This document shows, in pieces, positions 12,118-25,469 of a stretch of DNA of 64,000 nt (positions within the stretch are counted from its first letter, which is position 1; every line of letters begins with the position of its first letter). The translations under genes and the position numbers were made by a program. Where the stretch lies: positions 45,074,001-45,138,000 of the forward strand of contig OZ286472.1 of NCBI GenBank assembly GCA_965644265.1, given 5' to 3'. This DNA comes from Glycera tridactyla. Taxonomy: Eukaryota. The notes under the pieces were generated by a model that made no database searches, had not been told where the DNA came from, and worked only from the letters and a program-made list of their open reading frames with translations.

Positions 12118-13070
12118 CCCAGATAGCACGCCGACGTCCATTGGACGTCCTATGGACGTCGGCGGTACGTCCAGAGGACGTCCGCTCCTGACGTCCACTG
12201 GACGTCATTTTGTCTCGAGGAAAGACGTCCACTGGACGTCCGTTTTTGGTCCAATAGACGTCCCATGGACGTCCAAAAGTGGACGTCAGCCCAGTGCTCA
12301 GTTTTCTGATCCTACTTTGCCGACGGAAATTGGTCCTGTGGACGTCCATGAGAGAGGTCCAATGGACGTCCGGTGGACGTCGATCAAAGGTCTGTAGGAC
12401 ATCTCATGGACGTCCATGGCAACTTTTGCTGCCTCTGCTTGGGTCGAACATTGGCCTTAGTATAAAGGATGATCTGGATTCTAAGATAGGCTCTGAATAA
12501 ATTTGGACAAATTTGGACAAATTTGCACAGAATTCAACTGGTATATACATGCAAATGAGATCAAAAATTCAAAAACATCATTCTTCATACTGACATTATA
12601 GTTTGATTCGCATATACCTATTTACAGCTTGTAAAATATCATTTTTGGGACTACTTTCCGTGATGTCAGCTGGACGTCCATTGGACGTCTGATGAACGTC
12701 CATCAGACGTCCAATGGACGTCTATAGGGCGTCTAATGGACGTCCATCAGACGTCCAATGGACATCCAATGGACGTCCAATGGACGTCCAATGGACGTCT
12801 GTGTTGGACGTCCATTGGACGTCTGTTGGACGTCCAAACTCACGTGGATTCATGGACGTCCACTGGACTTCTGTTGGACGTCTAAGTCATGACCATCAAT
12901 ACTGCTTGGACCATTGCAATCTTCCCGACGTCCGTTGGACGTCCAACGGACGTCCGAAATTCGACGTCATTTTTCTGACGTCAATACAACGTCTGACGGA
13001 CGTCCGAATTTGGACCTTCGACGATTCCGACGTCCCAGGACGTCCAGTGGACGTCGGCGGGCTATCCGGG
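12118..13070. mobile_element. Non-autonomous TIR DNA transposon (953 bp) with GGACGTCC subterminal arrays; CACTA/EnSpm(CMC)-like
   Basis: Left end CCCAGATAGCACGCCGACGTCCATTGGACGTCC; reverse complement of right end CCCGGATAGCCCGCCGACGTCCACTGGACGTCC; TA on both sides; roughly 35-40 GACGTC cores in two arms around an AT-rich spacer (about 12420-12665); no transposase ORF. Superfamily is inferred from CCC...GGG ends, 2-bp TSD and subterminal repeats. Confidence 0.8.
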
Positions 13071-13255
13071 TATATCGGTATCCAATGACCCTTCAGCAAC
13101 ATAATAGACTGTATGTGGACATCTTGGTTACCCTGGTACATGGGTACTGATTATTATATAATCGACGTGCATGCATATGAAAGCTTATTTCTGTTTATCT
13201 TACGCTCGTTCCAGATTCCGAACTTTCTGATAAAGATCCTCGAACGGAGGACGCA

Positions 13256-13690
13256 TCTTATTATCCCGTAGGGATATTAAGATAGTGGCCGTCCATCAGT
13301 CCGTCAGTCCGTCAGTCCATCAGTCTGTCAGTCCTTCACACTTTCTTGGCTGCGCAACTCCTCTTCATCTTACATGCGATTTTCACCAAACTTTCACTGA
13401 ATGATCATCATGAGGTTATGCAGGGCATATTGTCAGGGTTTTATGATCAGATTTTTTTTTACATGTTTTAGCCCTTTTTAGCCCTTTTTCGAATTTTACA
13501 TGTGAATTATTGGTCGCGCAACTCCTCCTTCATTTCACATGCAATTTCCACCAAATTTTCACAGAATAATCATCTTAAGGTTCTGTAGTGCATATTGTCA
13601 GGGTTTTGTGATCGACAGGGTTTTGTGATTGACTGATTTTTAAGGAGTTATTGCCCTTTTTTGGATTTTACATGCATTTTTGGGCATAAT
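13256..13690 (+). mobile_element. Helentron-associated (HINE/DINE-1/pearl-like) non-autonomous element
   Basis: 5' hairpin TCTTATTATCCC-gta-GGGATATTAAGA (11 of 12 pairs), then (GTCC/GTCA)n microsatellite, then two ~164-bp tandem core units starting GCGCAACTCCTC at 13352 and 13516; 3' end uncertain. Confidence 0.6.
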
Positions 13691-16600
13691 TTGGCACATT
13701 CACTATGTCTGTATTGTGAAACAGCCTCCTGAATGAACGACTTCACTCGGCTTTGCCTTCATTAATAGGTCAGCTTCTTTGTAACTGACACAAGCTTCTT
13801 TTGTTCATACCCGATCATGTAAGGCCTATACAACTATTCTGAAGCCATTCATTATGACTGCGTTGATTACGTCTGGATAATCCTCCACTCAAACCCAAAC
13901 TTCCCCCCTTGTGTGCATGCACGCATGTGTGTGAGTTATCGCCCTTTGTGAATAAGAACCCATGGCGAGGGATACACTGTCTTTGACAGCTTCTTGTTGT
14001 CATGAGTTATTCATGGCAACTTGCTCGTACCGACATAAAATACATCAATGACCTCTAAGACAGCTGGACTTTTTCATGGATACATACAAGCTCAAGAATG
14101 ATACATTCATGTGAAGCTGAGCGTGGTTTCAAATCTTGTATGAAATACGGCGTCATTATGGAAACATGACCCAGTAGAGCGGTATAATTAATGATGCTAC
14201 TCCAGATAATTAGGATGGTGGCCTAATTCTACAGCATATCTCGTTTGTACGTTTGCACAATTTGTGCGGCTCAACAGTTTCTCATGTAATCTCTCACATA
14301 ACTGTTCATGAGGACATCAGTAAATATTGATGGCGGTGAGTCATCTTAGTAATATCAACTAAAGTCATGTAACCGTCCAAAGGCATCATGCAAAACAACC
14401 TTATTCGTAAGCGTTAGTTAGCCCCTCCCATCTGAGATACAAATGCATTACCACATCAGATGAATATACATTATGTCTATGGCCTAGTTTGCTGGTTGTT
14501 GGATGAAAGGATGGGAGATGGTTACTTGTTCTGTGAAAATGATCGACGAAATGTATCAACTAACGAAATTATGCATTGTTTATATCCAAATAGCTGGATA
14601 CCGGCTCGATGATCTACCTCTTGCAGGATGGGGAGAATTGTCAAGTGGAACTACCTAGTGAAGTGGCTTCTCACCTATTAGAGGCGCGCGTAAGTGTGAA
14701 ATATCAAGTGTTCAATTGACTGGCAGTTGAGAATCAAAGCCCAAACCTGTGGAGTGGATCGATGTGGAATGAGACATGAATGTCCTTGAGTCATGTCACG
14801 GGAGATTCATATTGTATTCAAATTGGATGCGCATTGCAACCGACCAGAGCATTGATTCCCGTTGAAGGGAGAATATACCAAAACAGGGGTTTGAAAATAA
14901 AACAAGCAGCTCTTCTGGTGGCTCATTCATGGGCGAATGTCACTGCTTTATAAGGCATCCAAACTGAATCTCGGTGAAATGTCAAGACTGCAAGACAATA
15001 GCCACGCCTCTTATCAGTCCGATTGTTATAGATATTATCTCCACCCACCCGTTAATATATAAAATCAGAAAGAAACACGCCCAACGAAAATCCACAAACA
15101 TGCTCAGGTTGGGGTGATACCCAAGTTGAATGTTTAGAGAGTTACATACTGGGGAATATTAGGTCAGAAAAATTCTTCCCATCTGGTCGTGGCTCGGATT
15201 AATGGTCCCATATTGTGTGTCGCAGATTGTTTTCAGCAGTTAGTCAAAACAGCCATAGAATGGTTGTCAGGTGTGGGATAAATAGTACATAATACTTTGG
15301 CGGCTGAATGGTAGAATAATTGTTAGGATTGGCATATTGCCTACTGCCTCCATCGTCCAAGATTAATAATACAAATAGCCAGCTTCAGGGTGTTTCTGAG
15401 TTGTTTCCCGCATGCTGTTTGTCCCGCAGATCTGTATTCAAATGAATCTTTGTACCTGCATAACAAATCACTCTTGAGCACAAGATTCGTTGCCAACATT
15501 TCATACCCAAAATATTATCATAGAGTGGCGCGTTACCCACTGTTAACAGCATGTTCTATATAAGAAGATGTACAAAATACTGCGCAGTTGAACATGGCAT
15601 AAGGTAGATTACATCGTATCAATGGTAATGAATAGCCCTGTATTCAGTCCGTATTGGTACATATCTTATCCATGGAATATATGACGCCATATCACATGCA
15701 CATTCGATGAAAAAAGAGAATATAGAATTAAATTACTTTGATTCGTGGGGTGAGATCATATGGACCAGTAGTTTGTCAATAGAGGAGTTTGCGAATGCCA
15801 ATTCAAAAGTGAATCGTTGCTTTAGTGCGGTGCAGTATATTTCGGTCCTTTTCCGATCCAATACATTGCATCTTATTCTGTCCCAGGCTGGGGTGAACCC
15901 GGTGATACATTTGAAAATTTGAGTCAAATGCATACTTTAATCTCAAGTATGTACCTGTTATACAGAGTACTTGATATGAGATGAAACCACCATAGCCCCT
16001 CATGGGTAATTCATGAGAAAATTATTCGACCATATAATACTACCTGGTCGGATATCAACATATCATTGAGAACCTGTACCTTTATCAGGCAGCTACCTTC
16101 TGCTCACTTTGACGGACTGTTCAATACCGTCTGTTATCAATTGTATGCAACCCTGAATACCAGTTAGCCAATGACCATTTGAGAAATAGATTTGTAGCTT
16201 CAGATGTTTCACTATCATTCTGAGTAAAACAGGTTGGATACTAAAGTAGTATTCTTCGTATCAGCTGAGAGGCTTCGGGCTTACCAGGGTTGTGTCAATT
16301 TGATTACACTCATGCACACAAGCACACCTTAGAGATAAAGCTCTGTCACCAAGTGCTTCCAGCTGAAGACGACCCCAGATGTTTATGGAAACATTAATAA
16401 ATTATTTCATGACCCTTGATTGTCTAACCTCTGAATATATTGAAGTATGAGGACTGGTACTGTTGATCAGGATTTTCTATCGTGCCTCATAATTACCAGT
16501 CTATTCTTGTGGAAGGGATTCTATCTTGCAAAGGCCTGCATCTTCTGTATTTCTCACGTATAACATACTAATCAGTTGATGAGTAGTGACGGATTGATGA

Positions 16601-17934
16601 GATTTTCCATTCCTTGCATTTCAACCGTTGATATAAGTCCACCTTTGATTTAGTGCCAGGTTGTAGAAACATGTAAGATAAAACATGTTTGTATGAGCCG
16701 CATATATATTTCATTTTCTTAACAAATATGACAGGAGGGCACGAGAGGCGCCCCCAGTAATATGAAACACCTGCTTGATTTTTGTCCACTAAAATCAGAC
16801 AGTGAACCCATATAACAGTGATTAAAGATCCCACCATTCATAGCTGACCATCTGGTCGTTTGTCACAGTGGGTCAGTGATGAAAACCCACAATACTCAAT
16901 ATATCGGGTTAATGTTGAATTCATGGTGAAAAGATGTGATGTACAGTAAAATGCCAACTGATAGTGGGCGATTTCGAAATATCTCTCCGTTGTTGACAAA
17001 ATAAGCAAATGTACAGAGGAATCATATTTGCCAGGCATATACTTCCATGTGAGCCATGTATAGTGTCCCATAAACCATAGTGATACATGATAGCTGACTC
17101 CATAACAATGTCAATATCTGAACAATGAGATGCAAGCTTATACTCTGCTCAACATCAGGCTGTGATTGTCTCTTATCTTGGGGAGGCAATGTTGAGCATA
17201 CAAATTGGTATGGTGAATTTCTGTGGTACAATATTATTCGAACGATACAGTACAATTTCACTGCAGCATTGATTATATGATGTATCGATTTGGAATCATG
17301 AAATCCTTCTTCAGGTCAATTGATTCCGTTCGCTTCCGAATAAGATGGTGACAAACAGGTTAAAAGAGAAGATGATTGGATCTCGTGTTCCCCCGTCTAT
17401 TCTCTTCAGTCTATTTGTCAGGACCAGAATAATTCTGTGGGGAGAGTGTGTTTAAGGATCTCCAGGCTATTCTGGTATTATTTACACATCCTAATGGCCC
17501 CACCGTCGGGTCTTAGGTGTAGCTTTGTGTGCATAGTCCCTAACTCTGACATGCGTGGATTTGTTGAGAAGTCGATTGACATCGGCGTAATGGTCGGGGA
17601 GGGTTTGATTCTTCCAGCTATCATATATTCCGTACGAAACGCCTAGTTTCAAGCCGCACGCAGACTGTGTTGAAAAAGTCCCTATTTTTAGTCACAACCA
17701 ACGCCATGATGAAAACCACACTGTTGACTCTGAATCCAGGAAAAAATGGTGAGTGGATGGCTTTTGTAATATATACACACATCAGCGAGAGGGTTTACAA
17801 ACTATGTCTCATCTCTTCGCACCCGTTTTAGTCGTCATTATAATGGTCAAATCCTAATGTTCGCCTGCTTCGGAGTATACTGGACCATCGCAGAACAGGA
17901 GAGGCACCGCCGTGTTACCGTCACCGCAACCATC

Positions 17935-18005
17935 ATCACCTGTAGGACCATCAATGACCATCACCATCACCACCACCACCACCACCACCACCGCCAACAC
18001 CAACA
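17935..18005. repeat. (CAC/CAT)n microsatellite
   Basis: Direct reading. Confidence 0.9.
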
Positions 18006-20149
18006 CTCAATCTACTCGTATCACTAGCACCACTTCTTGGGCGACTATCAACAGTGACATCACCATACACACATACAATCAGTCACAGCAGATTCAAGGC
18101 GAGCACCTCCATCGCCACGTTTTCCTGATATAGACCAGTGTTGCAAAATGTAATGGTAATTCCAGACAATTCAAATGAAACAATCTCAGTTGCCCCGGGA
18201 AAAGACCGACGGACTTGAGTTTTCAAGCTCGACCCACGCTCTTCATTGATGACAGAGGTGAATTTGTAATATGAGGGGAAAGTTGGAAGTTTTTCTGCCT
18301 ATCGCCTCGAACAGATATAATAGGTGAAAAGTCCAGTCAAATTGGCTTGATTTCACATTTCGGTTATACGGCCCATAAACAGTCTAGGCATCGATTATTC
18401 ATAGAAAGTTCGCTTCACATGTTACGTATTCCGGTGTGATCAGCAGGTTGTTCACCATTCAGGTTTTTAATCCCGCATTCGAAGGATTATGCACCCACCG
18501 AACTTTCAGTCTGACCCATCAGGAGACTGAATGTGGCGATCATGATGTAGATCAGACGGACTCATAGCAACAATCTTTGTAATAGATCCCAGCTGCGAGA
18601 AGTAAACTCAACTATTTGATCTCACCGCTAATATCTGTGATGCACGTTTCTTTGGCTCTTCGACTGCATACCAGGAAAGGTTTCTGTTGTATATGGTTGG
18701 ACTGTGTATGAATTTGGGAGAGTTTTGCACTCATATTTTTGGAATAATCTTTGTGGCAGCTGATCCCCAGCACACGTTTTAATCAGTACGCACAGTGTGC
18801 TGTTCATACGGAGGGACTGCCTCACCATAGAATGCAAGGACACAGTGTATGGTAATGTATGTCATGGATAGTAATGTACATCACACAATCACACCTCTGA
18901 CCCTCTGTATATCAACAAACGGTCGTTCTTCACAAGTATCAAGTGAATTACACACAATCGCGCTGCTGTGATGCAGTGGATGGTTGACAGAAGATGTACT
19001 TATGTTGTTAACTCTTCATGATTTCTTTTATGGGAGTTATACTTTACCATGCTCCAGAAGTGTGATAACATTCGGGCAAGATGATCAATCAATCAAATAG
19101 CAGGGATGTGCTTCGTCTTCCGAATCAAAGCATGACACACGCACTTCAGAGACGTTGGATGGACTTATGCAGGCTGCACAATGCATAAGTCTTGTTGGAT
19201 ATTTTATGAAATGGGTAGTTTCATACCTTCAAATGCTAAAATCATAAATTCAGCTTGGTGTGATTACTTATAACTTTCATCTCCAGAGTGGAAGGGTTGA
19301 ATATACACGACGCGATAAATCCCAACAAAAAGGCATAAGTCACATATTATTTGTCCTTGGGGCAGACAAAAATCAACTGTCTAGGAAAATAAACGCGGTG
19401 AGGCATCATATTGCATCACCGTTGAAGTTCGGGAACATATTCTGTACATTGGGTTGGAATATCAACCATTATCAAGATGAACTGACAATTAGTCTTAGAG
19501 AACCACCCAATGACAGGTTAATATATCCTTGAGGGTGTTTACATCCATAATGATGTAGAATTGCACCTAATGACCCCTTTTCATGTGAGCGCCGTGTAAG
19601 GATGCAGAAACTCGTGTGTCAATAGGAAGAGGTTTCAGCAATTTAATACAGAGCAACCCAATGTCCAATCTCCCCGCTGAATGGCCTACATTTCGTGCCA
19701 TCATCAACTATCCAAAGATCATGATCATGAAAACTCAACATTAGATAGCCATCGGCCTTCGAATGATCATGAAGTATGTATCTACGTCTGCGAAATATGC
19801 TTGGACAACATTCGCCTTCTGAAGGATGCTTTTGAGCCCGACATGATTCATGTATACATCAATGCACGACGACCACTGAATTTACTCAGAGCTGGAGCAA
19901 ATTATGCTCAAGATGTATAATTGTTGTATGGCATCTGGTAGCAATGTGTATAGTAGCACGTGTGGTGAGGCATGTAATTCGCGCCTTCTCACCTTCTATT
20001 TCTGTATATAAACACTCTTTTTTATCATATAGGGCGCTTTGTGATGCGGTCATATAAAAATTAGATTTGTTTACCTTGAAGTTAAACCTCAAACTGATTC
20101 CGGCCTTGAACTGTGAGAGGGTGAAGTATTTGTGTTATCAGACATACGC

Positions 20150-20340
20150 CCCCTTCTCTCTCTTCTTCGCTCTCTTGCTCTCTCCCCCTCTCTCTCTCTC
20201 TCTCTGTCTCTGTCTCTCTCTCTCTCTCTCTTCCCCTATCTCTCTTTCTTTCTTTCTCTCTCTCGCTCTCCCTCTCAATCTCTCTCTTTCTCCATGATTT
20301 CACCACTTCTTCTTCTTTTTCTCTCTCGTACGTTTCTCTC
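20150..20340. repeat. (CT)n microsatellite
   Basis: Direct reading; source of the LSLS/RERE ORFs. Confidence 0.95.
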
Positions 20341-23300
20341 ACCCGTATGTCAAGATTCCTGTGTGAGATTGAATCGCAATTCATCTCCATAAGTCAATCG
20401 AGAGTCGATGCAAACTCTCGAAGTAGTACTCCGAATGAAAGCCCCAACTAACTATGTGCCTGAGAATTTGAAGGAATTAATTACGATAATTTATGAGCAG
20501 TTACACATCTTGCTGGAATTATCTCTGATTTTATTGCAGTCAATGCCAAGATGATGCCGGATCCCGAGCTTCAAGTAACACCCAACTGATCAGACAAAAG
20601 AAAATCGAATGCAAAAAATGCACATGAGATATAAGATATAGAAATTGTTTGTTGCACAAGAAACAGAAAAATAAGAAATGTATGACAATTGACCCCGGAG
20701 CGTGGTATCACATAAATATGCCAACTATTCGACACGCGCAAATTGTAATCGCCGAGATGGATAGATACAGGTTACATAAAGCTTGAGAAAGATATATTCT
20801 AGCAAATACTGAACAAGTGACATGAAAAAATATCATCATCATTTAGCAAAAGTCTATTGTGGGCGTGTGATCGACCTTATCTCATATGGAATTTGATCGA
20901 GCTTAGCCCGAACCTGTATCTTCAATGCTGCAACGTTCAAATGATGCCCTGTTGAAGTCAAATGTGTGCTCGGACATAACCTATGGGCATAGCATACATA
21001 TATAGTTCAGCCTCTATTGAGAAACTCCAGTATTCACAGAAATCCAATGTGCGTTTCCCAGTGTAAACAGTCTATTGGTGTTTTTAGCACCAGACGGAGT
21101 ACCACCGATGTGGTGATCACAAATGCGGTGAAACATGAGAACCTCCTGTCGCCAGCTTGGGCATCAAAACGTAGCCGCCTGTCTCACTTTCTTCTGCATG
21201 ATATGGTAACAAATACTCAAGACGGGATCAAATGTGGACCTTTTCTTTTCAACACGTTGCTGTTGGGTACACTGCTGCGCATGAAGGTATGTATCTCAAG
21301 CAAACACATAGAAACACATTGGGAAACTTCTCACACATTCTCAATCAAACGGATGTCAACGAGGATGAGGATGATGATTTTGGGGTGATGTTTTGAANNN
21401 NNNNNNNNNNNNNNNNNNNNNNNNNNNNNNNNNNNNNNNNNNNNNNNNNNNNNNNNNNNNNNNNNNNNNNNNNNNNNNNNNNNNNNNNNNNNNNNNNNNN
21501 NNNNNNNNNNNNNNNNNNNNNNNNNNNNNNNNNNNACTACCACCACTACTACTAAGCGCAATTTCTTATGTTGAAGGTATCCTATCGGAAGAAAAAATCA
21601 AGATTTTAGCCAAAGGAATCTCCTCAATGTTAGAGATGAGGAAGAAATATATGTTCAATCAGTCTAACGTCTCATGTCTCCATAGATTTATTAGGTTAAA
21701 TAGCAACACAATATATTAGTGAGATACGTGAAAATTTAATTCCTTGTCTAGCAACTAGGAAAATGAGTATTGATAGCTAGACATCCTCTGCCCGAAGCGA
21801 AAACAGCCATTTTAGTCACTATAGATACATACTATCTCGTAATTTATCCCTACGTAACGTCATGTGGATGGAAATGTTATCAGTTAGACACAACTACTTA
21901 GGAGTTGAGTCCTTACCTATTATAACTCCACCCTGTAATACAGATACTAGAGGTGATGTTGAGCATAATAAACACGTTCTGTATTCGTACATAATGTAAA
22001 TGTGCAATGATTGAAATGTATTGCCAGTTTGATTTGAAAGTATCAATTCGAATTCGATATGCTCTATGTGAATAGTGCCCCGATTCCATAGTTATTTCCT
22101 ATATTGTATTGATATGTGTGTAATTCTTGTGAAACGTTTGTCAAGAGTTAGAAGTAGTATGATTTATGTAAGAATATAGAGCGAATTGTGACAAATAGCC
22201 TCTCATCAGGGGCGGGAGAAATTTAGATGATTTATGTTGATCAACTGATGTGTTTCGTGAATGTGTATATAGTATGTGCATTATGTTACCACTTTTTGTC
22301 ACAAAAATAAAGTTACATTATTACATTATTATTACTGCTGCCACCACCTCTTTAATTTTCCAATAGCTATATAAACAGGATTTGACAGGAAATGAAAGTA
22401 AATCCACCGAGCACATATGATTATGCACATTCTTTCAGCTGTTTGAAATTCAAAGACATGGCTAGTTGACAAGTTGGTCCCCATCACTGAATTTGTCAAA
22501 CCGGTGGGCAATTCACTCAGCCTATCCTTGTTCGCAGTTTTCGAATTGAATCGAATTGTGGCGGAATGTTGGTGGAATAATGATAATGATTGTATTCATC
22601 GCTACTGATGTATCCATCTATATATCTCTTCTTCTAACATTCCTCCTCTCTGTGAACATTGGGAGGTGGATGTCCAACGGACCGTCCCGTATCTGTTACA
22701 CTAGCTGTCAGTCTGCCGTTCAACCGTGAACTGTCGGCGAAACAGATGGATGGTTTATTTACCCGCTGGTCTTAATTCACTGCCTAATTCCAACATTATG
22801 CCCCGACTATAGCTACACTCACCCTGCTAAACTGAATCATGCCCTCAGAATAAGATCAATCACCACTGCAACACTATTTTGTTCTTTGATGAGAAGAAAT
22901 CACATCATCTATCTCCTGAACAGCGAATAAAAATTCTGTATGATACATCCAATTATACCCCGCCTCATTTTAATTGAGGTTGGACTCATTCTCAATGAAA
23001 AAAATGTATATCCCATCTCCACATGTAGAATGAAGTCAAAATAATTCCCAAGGTTTCTTAGGACATGCCCCGGTGAACCCTGATTAATCTCATTACTATC
23101 AATGAGAATGGTGTACCACGTGCGACCTTATTCATGATACATTTGACGCAAACGTCTCGGAATTTGTGAACAGCTACTGCAACGAAAGACTCACGTTGAG
23201 CATTCGTATACCGGTCATGCCCGGGCTAATCACAACTCATCAAATGGAAGCCTTGATGTTCTGTAACCGGCACAATAAAGCGATAGTTGCTTCAATTGCT

Positions 23301-23822
23301 CAATACCCCGTATCTAAGATGGGCGGACTAGGTTTGACAGCAGCTTCAAAGTTCATTCCAGATCGATGAAACGTTAGTGACAGCACTTTGGATAGCGGTA
23401 ATTCCGCAAAGACCAGGTTTGACGATGAAGGCATGAGAGTACATGCAAATACCCTCAAAAAGAGGGAGTCGGGTGTGTCCTCGTGATGATAATTATCGAC
23501 ACTATGTGGGTCATCCCTAATGCAATGTACTTAGAAATAGCTTTCTGAGCCTTGCCGAATCCTAATAATACAATGAAATGACTGATGTAGGATATACTCT
23601 ACTCTGTGGTGCTTTAAGGTCATGCTACTCAGACTGTACGCAACACAATTATTGCGACGTGTTTTGTCGTCAATTTGTATCCAAGATAAGAACATCCATT
23701 TGAATACTTCAACGAAGTGGAAATCGGTAAAGACCACACATGGGACAGATTCTGTGCAATGATATGTTATATGAATTTGTATGCCATAGTAAGAATTTCC
23801 TATTATAGACAATTCACTCACA

Positions 23823-24566
23823 ATGATTAGAGACGCGGGGGCTGTTCAGCAGATGAGTCTAGAGCTAGGATTTTTTATGGAGATTAGTGCCCCCCCCCCC
23901 CTCAAACAAACACACCTCTATAAAACTAAAAAGAGTCTGTTTGATTTTAGACAGTACTCACTCTCATTCTCTCCATTACCAAAACAAGAGAGCCCCCATG
24001 TTTATAAACATAATTTCAGAGAGTATACCATTTCTCATCAAACAAAATATGCACGAAGCCTCAAAACCTATTTATTGTCCTTCTCTTCATGGTTGCTTGT
24101 ACTGTTGCCCAATTACACTAAAGATTCGTTGGGAATTCTTATAGAGGGCATACAAAACCTAGATACCTATTGTGCTATCTCGATTCTAAGTGAAGAGGAT
24201 TCTGGCGATCCTACCACTCATTGGCTTTTGGCTTGCCCGGGAGAAGCTACTGAGAGTACTGAAATCTATTCCGGTATCTCACTTAATGTCATCTCTTGCA
24301 CGCCACTTTGGTATCAGAATTCCCATTGCATCTATCAGCTTGGCGTGAGTGTATTTGGCCCCTGTCAAAGGTTTCAGCCATCATCAGCTTTGATCACGTA
24401 TTTTCTTTCGGAGTTCTACATGCGATCGTCTAGCCACTATGTGTCACATCTCCCACGATTCGTGAGAATATCGAAATCGAGAATCCAACATGCAGTCCAA
24501 ACTTTTTATGGTTCTGCATCTTTGACCTTAGAGTTTGTGACGCCCGAGACATTAAATTCATTGTGA
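23823..24566 (+). other. 247-codon open reading frame of unknown status
   Basis: Longest N-free, non-repetitive ORF in the window; possible acceptor at 24018-24019 and GTGAGT donor at 24345; no recognisable domain. Confidence 0.25.
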
Positions 24567-25291
24567 ACATTTTAGTTCGCCAGATATCTGCAAAATATGG
24601 CAACAGATCCGTGGTGGTATCGTCCTCTTCCGTCCATTTCGTCGTCTTCGTGAATCTCAATATTTGAAGACACTTCATAAGAATTTCGCTAAACACTCCG
24701 AAAGAAATAAATGAACCAACTTACTCGAACTGGTATACGTGATCATCAATTACCAACCATTTCATTGAACGTTTCTCTGGCACTTCACCTCTCATTTCCT
24801 ATATTCAGAATAATCTAACTGGGTACAGCGATAGGATCGAAGGTGCCCTTTCACCCTGATTAGTGGACATACTCCTCTTCATAGAAATGCCCATTCTATC
24901 ACTCACAAGTATATATGTGGAATATAGTTTGGTGAAAGTTGATCTTTCACACCACTGACGTTATCATCACATAAAACTGATCGTTTGTAGGCCAGACAAA
25001 AAGTAGTCCTGGAAAAGCAGTAGATTACGGGTGCTCGTGGTGGTAGCTATTCGCCGTCCCAGTTTCGAGGGCACGGGTTGACCTTAGACTAGCATGGGAT
25101 GGCCTGTGTACATCAANNNNNNNNNNNNNNNNNNNNNNNNNNNNNNNNNNNNNNNNNNNNNNNNNNNNNNNNNNNNNNNNNNNNNNNNNNNNNNNNNNNN
25201 NNNNNNNNNNNNNNNNNNNNNNNNNNNNNNNNNNNNNNNNNNNNNNNNNNNNNNNNNNNNNNNNNNNNNNNNNNNNNNNNNNNNNNNNNNN

Positions 25292-25421
25292 TGAGATGGA
25301 ATGTGAAAACAGGGAGACATGTATAGAGGTAGACGGACGGAGTGAGATAGAGATGAAGACGGAGGTAAGAAGAGAGACATCGTTGAGAGAGAGAGAGATA
25401 AAGAGAGAGAGAGAGAGAGAT

Positions 25422-25468
<47 letters not shown>
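25292..25468. repeat. (GA)n microsatellite adjoining a gap
   Basis: Direct reading. Confidence 0.95.

Positions 25469-25469
<1 letters not shown>

Noticed and set aside
11903-13150. Cluster of 69-148-aa ORFs rich in DV/GRP/WTS
   Set aside because: Translations of the GGACGTCC repeats; not a CRISPR array either, since there are no unique spacers of constant length and no cas genes.
17270-17470. SIDLKKDF and RIILVLTNRLK resembling LINE RT motifs (minus strand)
   Set aside because: Short matches in different frames with no YADD-type core nearby; too weak to call.
24370-24400. CTGATGA-tggct-GAAAC (minus), hammerhead-ribozyme-like core; similar CTGATGA...GAAA at about 47258, 47415 and 57116
   Set aside because: Helix III cannot close with the required U-H cleavage site and helix II does not pair.
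25030-25085. Possible tRNA-derived SINE head
   Set aside because: No intact B box (GTTCGA) and no cloverleaf; nothing in the window folds as a tRNA.
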